Shown one piece after another: positions 47,133 through 60,321 of a DNA stretch of 64,000 bases. The stretch is from an uncultured Candidatus Saccharibacteria bacterium (lineage in GTDB: Bacteria > Patescibacteriota > UBA1384 > XYA2-FULL-43-10 > 1-14-0-10-43-13). The notes beneath the pieces were generated by a model, which was not told the origin of the DNA, did no database searches, and worked only from the letters and a program-made list of their open reading frames with translations. The stretch covers positions 64,034-128,033 of the forward strand of contig CAZIYE010000002.1 in the NCBI GenBank assembly GCA_964543385.1, written 5' to 3'. Position 1 is the stretch's first letter. Each line of letters opens with the position of its first letter. Both the position numbers and the translations under genes were made by a program.

Positions 47133-49304
47133 ATGAAAGAAATTGCAAAAGCCTACGACCATCAACAATTTGAAGAACCCATCTATAAGCACTGGGAAGA
47201 CTCTGGTTATTTTAAGCCTGAAATAAATATGGGCAAAAAGCCAGAATATGACAGAGAAATTGACGGTAAGCCTTTTGTTATCTCTATGCCACCGCCGAAT
47301 GTAACAGGTAAGTTACATGTTGGCCACTCGTTGTTTATTACATTGCAAGATATAATGATCCGATATCATCGCTTGAAAGGCGAACCAACTCTTTGGCTGC
47401 CAGGAACAGATCATGCAGGTATTGCCACTCAAACTGTAGTCGATAAAATGCTTAAGAAACAAGGAATCGACAAGCGAGAGCTTGGCCGTGAAAAATTCAT
47501 TGAAGAAGTGTGGAAATGGAAAGAAGAGTACGGAGGTACTATTACTAGACAACTCCGTCGTATGGGCGCTTCTTGTGACTGGTCAAGAGAGAGATTTACG
47601 CTTGATGAAGGCCTTAGTTTCGCTGTTCGTAAAGCCTTTGTTGATCTCTATAAAAAAGAGCTGATATATCAGGGGCTTAGAGTTGTGAACTGGTGTCCTC
47701 GTTGTCGTACAGCTATTGCTGATGATGAAGTCGAATATCAAGAACAGAAATCAAAATTATATTGGATCAAATATGGTCCCTTTGTATTGGCGACTACTCG
47801 TCCTGAAACTAAATTAGGTGATACTGCAGTTGCGGTCAATCCAAAAGATAAAAGATACCTTGATATGGTTGGCAAAAAGTATATGATTCCGGGAGTTTTA
47901 GGTGAATTTGAGGTCATAGTGGTTGCTGACAATGCGGTTGATCCCGCGTTTGGTAGTGGTGCGGTAAAAGTCACTCCCGCACATAGCTTCGCGGACTACG
48001 AAATTGCTCAACGTCATAACCTTTCAATGAAGCAGATAATCGATGAAAATGGTCGTATGATGGCTAATACTGGTAAATATGCCGGAATGAAGACCTCTGA
48101 GGCCAGAGAAGCCATAGTGGCGGACATGGACAAGCTGGGATTAATTGATCATGTAGACGAATATGATAACAGTCTTCCGACTTGCTATCGTTGTGGAGGA
48201 ACTATCGAGCCGATTCCATCGAAGCAATGGTTTGTTAAGATGAAAGATCTTGCCAATAGGGCAAAGAAAGTTGTTGAAGATGGAAAAATGGATATAATTC
48301 CTGATCGTTTCAAAAAGTTGTATATCCAATGGATGGAAAATATTCGCGACTGGTGCGTGTCTCGTCAAATTTGGTGGGGTCATCAGATCCCAGTTTGGTA
48401 TAGGGGTGATGAGATCTATTGCGGCATGGAAGCTCCCGATGGTAAGGATTGGAAACAGGATCAAGATGTGCTCGATACTTGGTTTTCCTCTGCCTTGTGG
48501 CCTTTTTCAACCCTTGGTTGGCCAGGGGAGACAAAGGACTACAACTATTTTTATTCCACAACAGTAATGGAAACTGGTTATGATATTTTGCCTTTCTGGG
48601 TAGCTAGAATGGCTACTTTTGGTCTCGAATTTACCGGCAAGGTACCTTTTGAAACTGTTTATTTTCACGGCCTAGTTCGCGATGAAAAGAATAGGAAAAT
48701 GAGCAAATCTCTTGGCAATGTTTTAGACCCTCTCGATATTATTCCAAAATATGGCACGGATGCTCTTAGGATGGCGCTTGTAGTCGGTTCAGCTCCTGGT
48801 CAAGATTTAGCAGTAGGGGAGTCAAAGATTAAGGGCTATCGTAATTTCTCTAATAAAATATGGAACGCTTCCCGGTTTGTTCTGCTGCAAGTTTCAAATG
48901 GGGATTTAAGAACCGGTGAAATTGGTGCAGCAAGGTTAGATAGTTTAGACATAAACAAAGCAACTCTAACTAATCAAGACAAAGCTATACTAAAGGATTT
49001 AGAAAATGTTAAAAAGTCCGTCACGGAGAAATTAGACAAGTTCAGATTCTCTCAAGCAGGAGAGGAATTGTATGAATTTTTCTGGCATACATTTTGTGAC
49101 ATCTATATAGAAAAAGCAAAAGAACAAATTGCAGATGAGAAGTTCAAGGATAATACTAAAAAAATATTGATAAAAATCCTCTCTGAATCCCTAATCCTTC
49201 TTCATCCTTTTGTGCCTTTCGTCACTGAGGCTGTATGGCAGGAGCTTCGGAAGGTATATCCAGATCTCTCCAAATCCATCATGATTTCAAGATGGCCTCT
49301 ATAA
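47133..49304 (+). CDS. valS: valine--tRNA ligase (compact form)
   Basis: PPPNVTGKLHVGH (HIGH) and KMSKS motifs are present, with a ValRS-like editing/CP1 region. Start set at MKEIAKAYD (47133); the track starts at 47070. Confidence 0.9.
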   Translation: MKEIAKAYDHQQFEEPIYKHWEDSGYFKPEINMGKKPEYDREIDGKPFVISMPPPNVTGKLHVGHSLFITLQDIMIRYHRLKGEPTLWLPGTDHAGIATQTVVDKMLKKQGIDKRELGREKFIEEVWKWKEEYGGTITRQLRRMGASCDWSRERFTLDEGLSFAVRKAFVDLYKKELIYQGLRVVNWCPRCRTAIADDEVEYQEQKSKLYWIKYGPFVLATTRPETKLGDTAVAVNPKDKRYLDMVGKKYMIPGVLGEFEVIVVADNAVDPAFGSGAVKVTPAHSFADYEIAQRHNLSMKQIIDENGRMMANTGKYAGMKTSEAREAIVADMDKLGLIDHVDEYDNSLPTCYRCGGTIEPIPSKQWFVKMKDLANRAKKVVEDGKMDIIPDRFKKLYIQWMENIRDWCVSRQIWWGHQIPVWYRGDEIYCGMEAPDGKDWKQDQDVLDTWFSSALWPFSTLGWPGETKDYNYFYSTTVMETGYDILPFWVARMATFGLEFTGKVPFETVYFHGLVRDEKNRKMSKSLGNVLDPLDIIPKYGTDALRMALVVGSAPGQDLAVGESKIKGYRNFSNKIWNASRFVLLQVSNGDLRTGEIGAARLDSLDINKATLTNQDKAILKDLENVKKSVTEKLDKFRFSQAGEELYEFFWHTFCDIYIEKAKEQIADEKFKDNTKKILIKILSESLILLHPFVPFVTEAVWQELRKVYPDLSKSIMISRWPL

Positions 49305-49590
49305 ACAGTCTTTAGTAGTAGTCAGCTGTTTGTCGATTAAATAATTTCTATTTGGTCTTTTCTATATTGTTTTAGTTGTCATATTCTAGGATTATTTTGT
49401 TAAATATCATTAATCAACATTATTGCCACAAATGGTTGGATTTTTAGCAAAAACAAGTAGTAAACAGCATAAAAAAGAACAGATAGCTCAAAAAAGAAGG
49501 CAAAGATTTCGAGCTAAGCTTTGGCAGCACAGTAATAAATATGTTGACATGTGGTTTAAAAAAATTAAAAGTTTTTTTAACAGGAGATAG

Positions 49591-50094
49591 ATGGCTGGAA
49601 GAAGAAAAAAGCAAATAGCAATCGGTACAATCATGGCCCTTATAATTATTCTTGTAGTTGTATTCTTTTATGGAATTAAGGCAGATAATAGGCAGGATAA
49701 TCCAGAAATAACAAGTATACGGACTGATAGCTTTGATGAGAAAGTACATAATGTAGAGCCCGACAAAGCGTATTTAAGAAGTATAGATACAGAAGGGTTT
49801 GGTTTAACAAAAAGGATCTATGCAAACGGCAAGTTTATGCATACTGTGAGTGCAAGTTTGCCGCTAGTAGAGGATCCGGAGTTTTACCAGGGATGGCTTG
49901 TTAAGCCTGGCAATGATGTTGATAAAGAAGAATTTATTGCGACAGGAAAACTTATTTATACTGAGAGTGAATTTTTTCTCTTTTATGAATCGGATCAGGA
50001 CTTGAAAGATTTCTCAAAAATTATAGTTTCGAAACAGATTCAAAATGATGCTGTTCCTAATAGCTATGTTCTAGTCGGATCATTTGCAAACTGA
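49591..50094 (+). CDS. hypothetical membrane-anchored protein
   Basis: 167 aa with a single N-terminal TM helix (IAIGTIMALIIILVVVFFYGI). Confidence 0.4.
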   Translation: MAGRRKKQIAIGTIMALIIILVVVFFYGIKADNRQDNPEITSIRTDSFDEKVHNVEPDKAYLRSIDTEGFGLTKRIYANGKFMHTVSASLPLVEDPEFYQGWLVKPGNDVDKEEFIATGKLIYTESEFFLFYESDQDLKDFSKIIVSKQIQNDAVPNSYVLVGSFAN

Positions 50095-50165
50095 TTTTGA
50101 CAAAATAGCAGATATCGCCTAATATAAATGTATTAAATTATTTAGGCAAAAACCAAGGAGAGCAT

Positions 50166-50630
50166 ATGAGTAACAATTTAAAAACTTTTCTATTCATACT
50201 TTTAGCAGTTTTCTTAGTTTCTGGAGGGCTTATCTTTATAAGCGCAAAGTCAAAGAAAAGTGCTGATAGCAATACAACTACCCAAAGCGAGGACGGCGGA
50301 GTAGCTGGTGCGTCGACTCAGGACGAAAAAAGTGAAGGGAAAAAAGATAGCGCTTATATTGAAAAGTTGGCAAAGTTTATGGCTGAAAAGGGTATGGTCA
50401 TGTTCGGTGCATATTGGTGCCCGCACTGTGTCGACCAGAAAAAGCTTTTCGGTGATGCCTTCAAATATGTTGACTATGTTGAGTGCGATGAGAAGGGTCC
50501 AAATGCAAATCCAGACGAATGTGTGGCAAATGGAATAGAAGGATACCCAACGTGGGTTTATCAAGGTCAGCAATACGGTGGCTATAAATCTTTCTCCGAG
50601 CTTGCAAAAATAGTAGGATTTAACGAATAG
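50166..50630 (+). CDS. membrane-anchored thioredoxin-fold thiol-disulfide oxidoreductase (CPHC active site)
   Basis: N-terminal TM helix. Active site FGAYWCPHCVDQKKLF is a DsbA-like CPHC motif. Confidence 0.6.
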   Translation: MSNNLKTFLFILLAVFLVSGGLIFISAKSKKSADSNTTTQSEDGGVAGASTQDEKSEGKKDSAYIEKLAKFMAEKGMVMFGAYWCPHCVDQKKLFGDAFKYVDYVECDEKGPNANPDECVANGIEGYPTWVYQGQQYGGYKSFSELAKIVGFNE

Positions 50631-50651
50631 TATTATAAAGGTCTCTTAAGG

Positions 50652-50680
50652 AATGTCCCAAGAAATTGGGACATTTTTTA
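50652..50680 (+). terminator. rho-independent terminator
   Basis: Hairpin aatgtccca agaaat tgggacatt followed by TTTT. Confidence 0.6.
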
Positions 50681-51031
50681 AATAATAGTTCTTGTTATCT
50701 GTGCGATGTTGTTATTCGGATTGCAAAAGCAGCGCAATTAATGGTAATTGCTTGGGGATAACCCGTGTTATTAATTTAAAATTTAAAATTTAAAATTTCA
50801 GCAAGTGCGTTTGACAAGATAAAATTAACAGCTTCAGCATTTACTATTTTATATGATTACGGATCGTTAATTATAGATTATTTAATTTCGAGCACATATT
50901 TGTTGACAGTTGAGCTTAGACACGAATAAAATATTAATTAAGTAATCGATTATAAGGCTATCAATATTTTCTGTCTCCTTCTGTGAGCTGAAAGTAGAGG
51001 CGCCAATATATACGGAAGGAGGTGAATTAGA

Positions 51032-51175
51032 ATGGAAGCATATTGCGTAAAATGCAAGGCTAAGGTTGAGATCAAAAATCCTCAATCAATTACTATGAAA
51101 AATGGTAAGCCAGCAACATCAGGTGAGTGTCCAGTTTGTGGCACAAAAGTTTTCAGAATTGGCGCTGCTAAATAG
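51032..51175 (+). CDS. small zinc-ribbon protein (47 aa)
   Basis: Strong RBS GGAAGGAGGTG lies 8 nt upstream. Product MEAYCVKCKAKVEIKNPQSITMKNGKPATSGECPVCGTKVFRIGAAK has CxxC...CPxCG pairs. Below the ORF-track cutoff. Confidence 0.45.
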   Translation: MEAYCVKCKAKVEIKNPQSITMKNGKPATSGECPVCGTKVFRIGAAK

Positions 51176-51284
51176 TTTTCGAATAAATTTTTGTTTTTGA
51201 TAAACGCAAGAGTGTCCCCGTACATCGGGGGCATTTTTGTGGAGAATTGAAAAAAGTCGGCAGAAGTATTATATTTTATATATT

Positions 51285-52700
51285 ATGAAAAGATCAGAAT
51301 TGTTTTTTGCCTTTCTACAAGTGCCCGTTGACGCAGCCATGATGGTGTTCGCTTTTGTCGCCTCCTATTATTTGCGAATGGGGCTAGAATCAGTACCTGA
51401 TTTCAACAACATTGGCGTTGATGATTATTTGAGATACGCACTATTTTTGATTCCCGTATGGATACTAATTTTTGCTGCCAATGGGCTGTATTCAATAAAA
51501 AACACGACTGGTTTTTTGTTTGAGTTATATAGAATAGCCATTGCTACATCTGCAGCTATCTTATTTTTTATCATGATAATTTTTTTCACCAAGACACTAT
51601 TCTTTTCTAGATTAATTTTAGGATTCATCTGGATCATCAGCGTTGTAGCTCTCATGACGGGGCGTTTATCATTGAGATTAGTAAGAAAATATTTGTTAAA
51701 AATGGGTTTGGGCGTAAGGAATGTATTAATTATTGGCAATAACATTGTTTCCAAAGAAATCAATTACGAGCTTTCGCGTACTTACTCCGGGTTCCATGTT
51801 GTCGGTGTTCTAGGAGAAGAGGATCATCTTTCTACGGGTCTTAAAGTTGTCGGTGATCTTGATAATCTTCCGATGATTATCAAGAAGTATGGGATTGATG
51901 AAGTTATTCTAACTGAAAGCAAGATAAGTGAAACTAAAATGATTGATATCATCGAGAGTTGTTATGACCTAAAAGCTGGGTTTAAATATATTCCAGATGT
52001 CTTTGCTCTTATGTCGGCTAATTTTAAACCAGGATTAATAGGGTCTATGCCTGTAATGGAATTAAAATCTATCCCACTAGACGGTTGGGGAAGAATTATC
52101 AAAAGAATTTTAGACATAGCTCTCGGCCTAATTGCCTTAATTATCCTTTCGCCGTTATTTATAATTATCGCAATAATTATAAAGCTTTCTTCTAAGGGCC
52201 CTGTGATGTATCTGCATCAACGTGTTGGTCGGGATGATAAAGTATTCAATTTTTATAAGTTTCGCTCGATGTATTATGACCAGTGTGATTTTAAGGGCGG
52301 AGTCTATTGGACTACTAAAGAAGATGAAAATACTAGAATAACGCCTGTAGGTAAAATACTACGAAAAACCAATTTGGACGAATTGCCACAGCTTTGGAAT
52401 ATAATAAAAGGAGATATGAGCTTTGTCGGTCCAAGGCCAGAGCTACCAAAACTGGTTGAAAAATTTGAAAAAGAAATTCCTGAATATTTCAGACGACACA
52501 AGGTAAAATCAGGACTAACAGGATGGGCTCAAGTGAATGGATTAAAAGGGGATACTTCAATAAAAGATAGGGTAAGATATGATATCTATTACATAGAGAA
52601 CTGGTCTTTGTGGTTAGACTTCAAAATTATTATTAAGACGATATGGCTGGTTATTTATGAAATCTTCAACGGAAAGTTTGAATATCGCTCTCGTTCATGA
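51285..52700 (+). CDS. polyprenyl-phosphate hexose-1-phosphate transferase (WbaP-like bacterial sugar transferase)
   Basis: N-terminal TM segments and a C-terminal bacterial sugar transferase domain (...ILSPLFIIIAIIIKLSSKGPVMYLHQRVGRDDKVFNFYKFRSM...). The first ATG is at 51285; the track starts at TTG 51237. Confidence 0.8.
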   Translation: MKRSELFFAFLQVPVDAAMMVFAFVASYYLRMGLESVPDFNNIGVDDYLRYALFLIPVWILIFAANGLYSIKNTTGFLFELYRIAIATSAAILFFIMIIFFTKTLFFSRLILGFIWIISVVALMTGRLSLRLVRKYLLKMGLGVRNVLIIGNNIVSKEINYELSRTYSGFHVVGVLGEEDHLSTGLKVVGDLDNLPMIIKKYGIDEVILTESKISETKMIDIIESCYDLKAGFKYIPDVFALMSANFKPGLIGSMPVMELKSIPLDGWGRIIKRILDIALGLIALIILSPLFIIIAIIIKLSSKGPVMYLHQRVGRDDKVFNFYKFRSMYYDQCDFKGGVYWTTKEDENTRITPVGKILRKTNLDELPQLWNIIKGDMSFVGPRPELPKLVEKFEKEIPEYFRRHKVKSGLTGWAQVNGLKGDTSIKDRVRYDIYYIENWSLWLDFKIIIKTIWLVIYEIFNGKFEYRSRS

Positions 52701-53784
52701 GTGGATTACAAATGTGGCAGGCGCTGAAAGAGTTCTTCTCGCACTAAAAGAGCTTTTTCCTAAAGCACCTATTTATACGGCGGTGTTCGATCCGGAAAAA
52801 GCAAAACCATTCAAAAAATTTGATGTTAGAACATCTTTTTTGCAAAATGTTCCAATGATGAAAAGTAAAAGAGAATTATTAGTTCCCCTAACGCCGTTTG
52901 CTTTTGAACAATTTGACTTATCTGAGTATGATCTTGTTATATCGAGTACCACTGTTGCTGCCAAAGGGATTATAACTAAGCCAGATACTTTGCATATTTC
53001 ATATTGTCATACTCCTCCAAGGTATTTATGGGAGCCTGATACCGACCCCAGAGCTCGTAAAGGCAAGTTTAGTTGGCTTCGTGAGGCTACTATTCACAAT
53101 ATGCGTCTTTGGGATAGAGTAGCGGCTGATCGTGTTGATAAGTTTGTTGCAAATTCTAAATATATAGCAAAGCGTATTAAGAAATACTACGGCCGGGATG
53201 CGGCAGTAATATATCCTGGGGTTGATACTAATAAATTTACTCCTGGGGATATCACTGATGTTAAGGACTACTATCTTTTTGTCAGCCGTTTAGTCGATTA
53301 TAAGCGCTGTGATATCGTTGTCGAGGCTTTCAATAAACTCAATATACCCTTAAAAGTCATAGGAAGAGGTCCAGAGAGAGAAAAATTAATGAAGATAGCT
53401 AATGATAATATTGAATTTTTGGGGTATCTTTCTGATGATGATATGAAAAAGTATTACCGCGAGGCTAAAGCATTCATCTTTGCTGCAGAAGAAGACTTTG
53501 GTATCGTTCCCGTGGAGGCTATGGCCTGTGGGCGTCCAGTGATTGCTTTTGGTAAGGGAGGAGCAACAGAATCTGTTGTTGAAAATGTCACAGGAGTATT
53601 TTTTCCAGAACAGACCGCTGCGAGCGTTATCGAGGCTGTAAACAATTTCGACTCTTCCAAATTCAACCCTGACCTAATCAGAAAACACGCCGAGAAATTT
53701 TCAGTCGATAGATTTAAAAAGGAAATTCTTGATTATATAGAAAAAATTATTGAAACTAAAAAAATAGCAAATAAAGGAGAGTAG
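52657..53784 (+). CDS. glycosyltransferase family 4
   Basis: GT-B fold with the EX7E-type motif (EDFGIVPVEAMACGRPVIA). Confidence 0.85.
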   Translation: MKSSTESLNIALVHEWITNVAGAERVLLALKELFPKAPIYTAVFDPEKAKPFKKFDVRTSFLQNVPMMKSKRELLVPLTPFAFEQFDLSEYDLVISSTTVAAKGIITKPDTLHISYCHTPPRYLWEPDTDPRARKGKFSWLREATIHNMRLWDRVAADRVDKFVANSKYIAKRIKKYYGRDAAVIYPGVDTNKFTPGDITDVKDYYLFVSRLVDYKRCDIVVEAFNKLNIPLKVIGRGPEREKLMKIANDNIEFLGYLSDDDMKKYYREAKAFIFAAEEDFGIVPVEAMACGRPVIAFGKGGATESVVENVTGVFFPEQTAASVIEAVNNFDSSKFNPDLIRKHAEKFSVDRFKKEILDYIEKIIETKKIANKGE

Positions 53785-54923
53785 TGAAAAAAGTATTAAT
53801 CACAATTGCATTCATGATGGTCGTTGTATTACCTGTTTCTGTCAGAGCTGCTTTTCTTGAGGCGGCTGATGACGTTAACGGAGGAATAGAGAATATTAGC
53901 AAAGATCAAAATGTCGAGAATGCCTATTTAGCTGGGGAGACCATAAATGTTGATGGAGATGTTAAAAAAGATTTAATAGCCGCCGGTTCAGTTATAAACG
54001 TTAATGGTAAAGTTGAAGACGACTTGATTGCCGCCGGTTCAAGCTTGAATATCAAAAATTCCATTGGCGGTTCTGCTAGGGTTGTTGGATCGACTATTAC
54101 TATAAGTGAAAATATCAATGAAGATCTGTTTGCAGCTGGGGCTGAAATTCTAATCTCCGAAAAGGCAAAAGTTGCTGGCGATTTTATATTTATGTCTGGC
54201 AAAACGGATATAAAAGGCGAGGTTGGCGGCAGTATTAAGGCTATCGGCGGGGACGTTGTGATTTCTGGAAAGGTCAAAGGAGATATATTATTAAGGAATA
54301 TCAATAAACTAGTTGTTGAGGATACTGCCGAGGTATCAGGAAAAATCGTGTATTACTCGCCAAATGAAGCATTGATTGAAAGCGGCGCAAAAATTGTTGG
54401 TGGAGTTCAATACAATAAAATAGATCAACAACTGGATAGCTGGGGCTCATACGCAAAAAAAATGACATGGGGGATAACCCTTTATCAGATCATAGGATCC
54501 TTATTGCTATTGCTCATTTTCATCTATTTTGCACCAAAGATATCCAAAAAGATTGTTGAAGAGTTTTACGCAAATTCATTGTTAAATATGGGTTGGGGTA
54601 TCGTTACTTTTATCGTTTTACCAATAGTGTCACTGATATTGCTCGCTCTTTCCTTTAAGCTGACGATAGTTTTGATGTTATTCTACTCTCTTTACATGGT
54701 TCTTGGATCAACATTTACATCTCTAGCGGCTGGTAGCTGGGCTTGGAAAAGTATTACTAAAGCTCAAGAGTATGAAGTTAATTGGCAATCAGTTCTTTTG
54801 GGTGTAGTCCTTACAACCTTGCTATCTTTTGTGCCAATTATTGGCAGTTTTGCGCTATTTGTACTTTTAATAATCTCTTTCGGTGTCCTTATTAGACTTA
54901 CATTTGTCTCTCTGAGAAAATAG
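53784..54923 (+). CDS. secreted bactofilin-like beta-helical repeat protein with C-terminal 4-TM membrane domain
   Basis: Signal peptide. Periodic G-x-V-x-x-DLIAAGS-x-(I/L)N(V/I) repeats. A C-terminal hydrophobic domain. Confidence 0.5.
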   Translation: MKKVLITIAFMMVVVLPVSVRAAFLEAADDVNGGIENISKDQNVENAYLAGETINVDGDVKKDLIAAGSVINVNGKVEDDLIAAGSSLNIKNSIGGSARVVGSTITISENINEDLFAAGAEILISEKAKVAGDFIFMSGKTDIKGEVGGSIKAIGGDVVISGKVKGDILLRNINKLVVEDTAEVSGKIVYYSPNEALIESGAKIVGGVQYNKIDQQLDSWGSYAKKMTWGITLYQIIGSLLLLLIFIYFAPKISKKIVEEFYANSLLNMGWGIVTFIVLPIVSLILLALSFKLTIVLMLFYSLYMVLGSTFTSLAAGSWAWKSITKAQEYEVNWQSVLLGVVLTTLLSFVPIIGSFALFVLLIISFGVLIRLTFVSLRK

Positions 54924-55067
54924 GCAAATAATCTGTATTTAAAGAAATACCGCCTGCTGACCTTGTCTGGGCGGTATTTCTGTCTTTTGGACTTGCGACC
55001 CTCTAGCAAAAAATGCTAAAATCAGTTTAGGAGAAAAATCACAGTAGTTGTGATTATTTGTTTGTGA

Positions 55068-57200
<2,133 letters not shown>

Positions 57201-57248
57201 TCGTATAAGAATAGCGAATAAGTGAATATTTAGAATAGGAACAACGAT

Positions 57249-60200
57249 ATGGACGAAGAACAAGATACAATCAATGAGAACGTTTCAGAAGAAATGGATG
57301 AAGTTGCAGAAAATCAACAGACCAATTTACCTGATGAACAGGTAATAGATAGAGAGGCAGATGGTTCTAGCTCTAGCTCCCCATTTCAGAAGCTTGACTC
57401 TATGAGTGATAAGTCAATTACTGAGGACGTCTATGATCCTCTGATTGGTTTTATGAAGCCACGTGAATTGGTGACTGAGATGGAGACATCTTATCTTGAT
57501 TACGCTATGAGCGTGATTGTTTCTCGTGCTTTGCCTGATGTTCGTGATGGCTTAAAACCGGTTCATCGCCGTGTTCTATATGCCATGTATGAGACAGGAC
57601 TTCGTCATAATGTTAAATATAGAAAATCCGCTAAAGTTGTTGGTGAAGTTATGGGTAACTATCACCCTCACGGTGATACTGCTATATATGACACACTTGT
57701 CCGCTTGGCGCAGGACTTTTCCATGCGCTATCCAATGGTAGATGGGCAAGGAAACTTTGGTTCAATGGATGGTGACTCTGCTGCTGCTATGCGTTATACA
57801 GAGTGCCGGATGTCATCAATTGCCGAAGAAATGCTTATAGACATCGATAAAGATACTGTCAATTGGGCCGATAACTACGATGGCTCGACCCAAGAACCAG
57901 TTGTTCTACCGGCCAGGGTTCCAAATTTACTTTTGAATGGTACTGTTGGTATCGCTGTCGGTATGGCAACAAACATCCCACCTCATAATCTAAATGAGCT
58001 TTGTGATGGTGTTATTGAGTTGATTGACAATCCTGAGGCGACAGTTGATGACTTGATGAAGCATGTTAAAGGCCCTGACTTTCCGACCGGTGGTATTATC
58101 TATAATATTGAAGACATCAAGATGGCTTATGCAACCGGTAAGGGTCGCATAATGATGAGGGCTAAAGCTGATATTGAAGAGACTAAGCGCGGCTTTCGTA
58201 TTGTTGTCAACGAAATACCCTATCAAGTCAACAAATCAACATTAATAGAAAAAATTGCTGATCTAGTTAAAGAGAAAAAGATCGAGGGCATCTCTGATCT
58301 TCGCGATGAGTCAGATCGTAATGGCGTTCGTGTTGTGATCGAGTTAAAAAGCAGTGCATACCCAAAGAAAATATTAAACCGTTTGTTTGAATTGACTCCG
58401 CTACAAACAGCATTTCATGTAAATATGCTAGCTCTTACTCCTGATCTAGAGCCAGTTGTTATGACTCTTAAAGATGTTTTTGGTCACTATATCGATCATC
58501 GTAAAATTGTGATCGAACGTCGTACTAAGTATGAACTTCGAAAAGCAGAAGATAGGGCTCATATTCTTGAAGGATTACGCATTGCTCTTGACCATATTGA
58601 TGAGGTTATTAATACTATTAGAGCCTCGGCTAATCGTGATGAGGCAAAGAAGAATTTAATAGCTAAATTTAGCCTCTCTGAACGGCAGGCTGATGCGATT
58701 CTTGACATGCGTTTGTCTGCTTTGGCTGCTCTTGAACGCAAGAAGATTGAGGACGAATATAATGAACTGATTGCTCGCATTGCCTATCTTAAAGACCTGT
58801 TGGAGCATCCAGAGAAAATACTTGGGTTAATCAAAGATGATCTCAAATATGTTACTGAAAAATATGGTGATAAACGTCGCACTGAGATTGTTCCCCATGC
58901 TCTTGGCCAGTTCAAGGCAGAAGATTTAATTCCTGATGAACAAGTAATAGTATCACTCAGTAGAAGTAATTATATTAAACGTCAGGAAATTGATACATAT
59001 CGTCGTCAAATTAGAGGTGGTGTAGGTATTGTAGGGATGACCACCAAAGAAGAGGATATTGTGGATCATTTGGTCTGTGCTAGAACTCATGATGATATCT
59101 ACTTCTTTACTAACAAAGGCCGTATTTTTGCTAGCAAAGTCTATGAATTGCCGGCAACCTCTCGCCAATCAAAAGGCACACCAGTAGTAAATATTATTCA
59201 GATCAGCCAAGACGAAAAAGTGACTGCAATACTTACTGTAGCCAAAACCCATAAAGACAGCCTAAAATACTTTATTATGGGTACCGTTCAGGGACAAATC
59301 AAGAAGACTGAGATTGAAAAGTATGAAAATATAAGAAAAACCGGAATTATAGCAATTGGCCTTAAGGGCAAAGATGAATTAAAATGGGTAAAAATATCCT
59401 CGGGTAACGATGTTATTGTTGAAGTATCAGAAAAAGGTCAGGCGATCTGTTACCAAGAGGGTGACGTCAGACCAATGGGTAGAAGTGCTTCTGGCGTTAC
59501 TGGAGTTAGACTTCGAAGCGGTGATAAAGTTATGGCAATGGATGTTGTTCCTGGAAATGTTTGGCCGTCCGAGACAGACAAAAAAACAACAATTGAGCCG
59601 AATATGCTAATCGTTTTGGAAAATGGATTCGGCAAGAGGACCATGTTAAAACATTTTCATATCCAAAAACGCGGTGGTATGGGCATTCGGGCAGCCAGCT
59701 GCACTTCTAGAACTGGTAACGTAATAGGTATGCATATTGTATATGATGAAAATGGAGATGTTGTTTTGGCTTCACGTAAAGGGCAATTTATCAGAATGGA
59801 ATTGCAGAAGATTAAAAAACTTGGCCGTGATACGCAGGGCGTAACTTTGATGAGACTTAAAGATGGTGATAAGGTTTCTTCTGTTGCTCTTATACTATCC
59901 AGTGATGCAAATGATGACCAGCCAACTATTAATTTCGACCTTCCAAGTGATCCAACCGGAGACAAGAAGGACACAGTATCTACCTCTAAAGAAACTTCAG
60001 CCAAGTCTGCTAAAACGCCAAAAGAAAAAATTTCAGTCCATAATTATAAGGGAGTCATTGCTAATTCTGACAATGTAGTAGAGAATAAGATAAGCAAGCC
60101 CATATCTGTGGTGAACAAACCTAATTTGACCGTCAAATTCTATAATAATGGTTTATCGGTCGATAAAGCCGTAGAGCCAGGACAAAAAGAAAAAATGGAC

Positions 60201-60251
60201 AAGATGGAAAAGTCAGATGACTCCAACTATTGGGGAAATGGCTCAAAGTAG
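57249..60251 (+). CDS. gyrA: DNA gyrase subunit A (with acidic N-terminal and long C-terminal extensions)
   Basis: [33 protein letters not shown], the active-site region, and the GyrA beta-pinwheel repeats. 1000 aa in total. Confidence 0.95.
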   Translation: MDEEQDTINENVSEEMDEVAENQQTNLPDEQVIDREADGSSSSSPFQKLDSMSDKSITEDVYDPLIGFMKPRELVTEMETSYLDYAMSVIVSRALPDVRDGLKPVHRRVLYAMYETGLRHNVKYRKSAKVVGEVMGNYHPHGDTAIYDTLVRLAQDFSMRYPMVDGQGNFGSMDGDSAAAMRYTECRMSSIAEEMLIDIDKDTVNWADNYDGSTQEPVVLPARVPNLLLNGTVGIAVGMATNIPPHNLNELCDGVIELIDNPEATVDDLMKHVKGPDFPTGGIIYNIEDIKMAYATGKGRIMMRAKADIEETKRGFRIVVNEIPYQVNKSTLIEKIADLVKEKKIEGISDLRDESDRNGVRVVIELKSSAYPKKILNRLFELTPLQTAFHVNMLALTPDLEPVVMTLKDVFGHYIDHRKIVIERRTKYELRKAEDRAHILEGLRIALDHIDEVINTIRASANRDEAKKNLIAKFSLSERQADAILDMRLSALAALERKKIEDEYNELIARIAYLKDLLEHPEKILGLIKDDLKYVTEKYGDKRRTEIVPHALGQFKAEDLIPDEQVIVSLSRSNYIKRQEIDTYRRQIRGGVGIVGMTTKEEDIVDHLVCARTHDDIYFFTNKGRIFASKVYELPATSRQSKGTPVVNIIQISQDEKVTAILTVAKTHKDSLKYFIMGTVQGQIKKTEIEKYENIRKTGIIAIGLKGKDELKWVKISSGNDVIVEVSEKGQAICYQEGDVRPMGRSASGVTGVRLRSGDKVMAMDVVPGNVWPSETDKKTTIEPNMLIVLENGFGKRTMLKHFHIQKRGGMGIRAASCTSRTGNVIGMHIVYDENGDVVLASRKGQFIRMELQKIKKLGRDTQGVTLMRLKDGDKVSSVALILSSDANDDQPTINFDLPSDPTGDKKDTVSTSKETSAKSAKTPKEKISVHNYKGVIANSDNVVENKISKPISVVNKPNLTVKFYNNGLSVDKAVEPGQKEKMDKMEKSDDSNYWGNGSK

Positions 60252-60321
60252 AGGCTAATAACATTGTCATACGACCACATATATGGTAAGATGAATAATC
60301 ATACTAATTCATACGGTTATA

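Noticed and set aside
50773-50800. Short tandem 8-mer repeat (aaatttaa x3.5) and the (attatta)n run at 22381-22410, checked for a CRISPR array
   Set aside because: The units are too short, contiguous with no spacers, and AT-only. They are simple-sequence slippage, not CRISPR.
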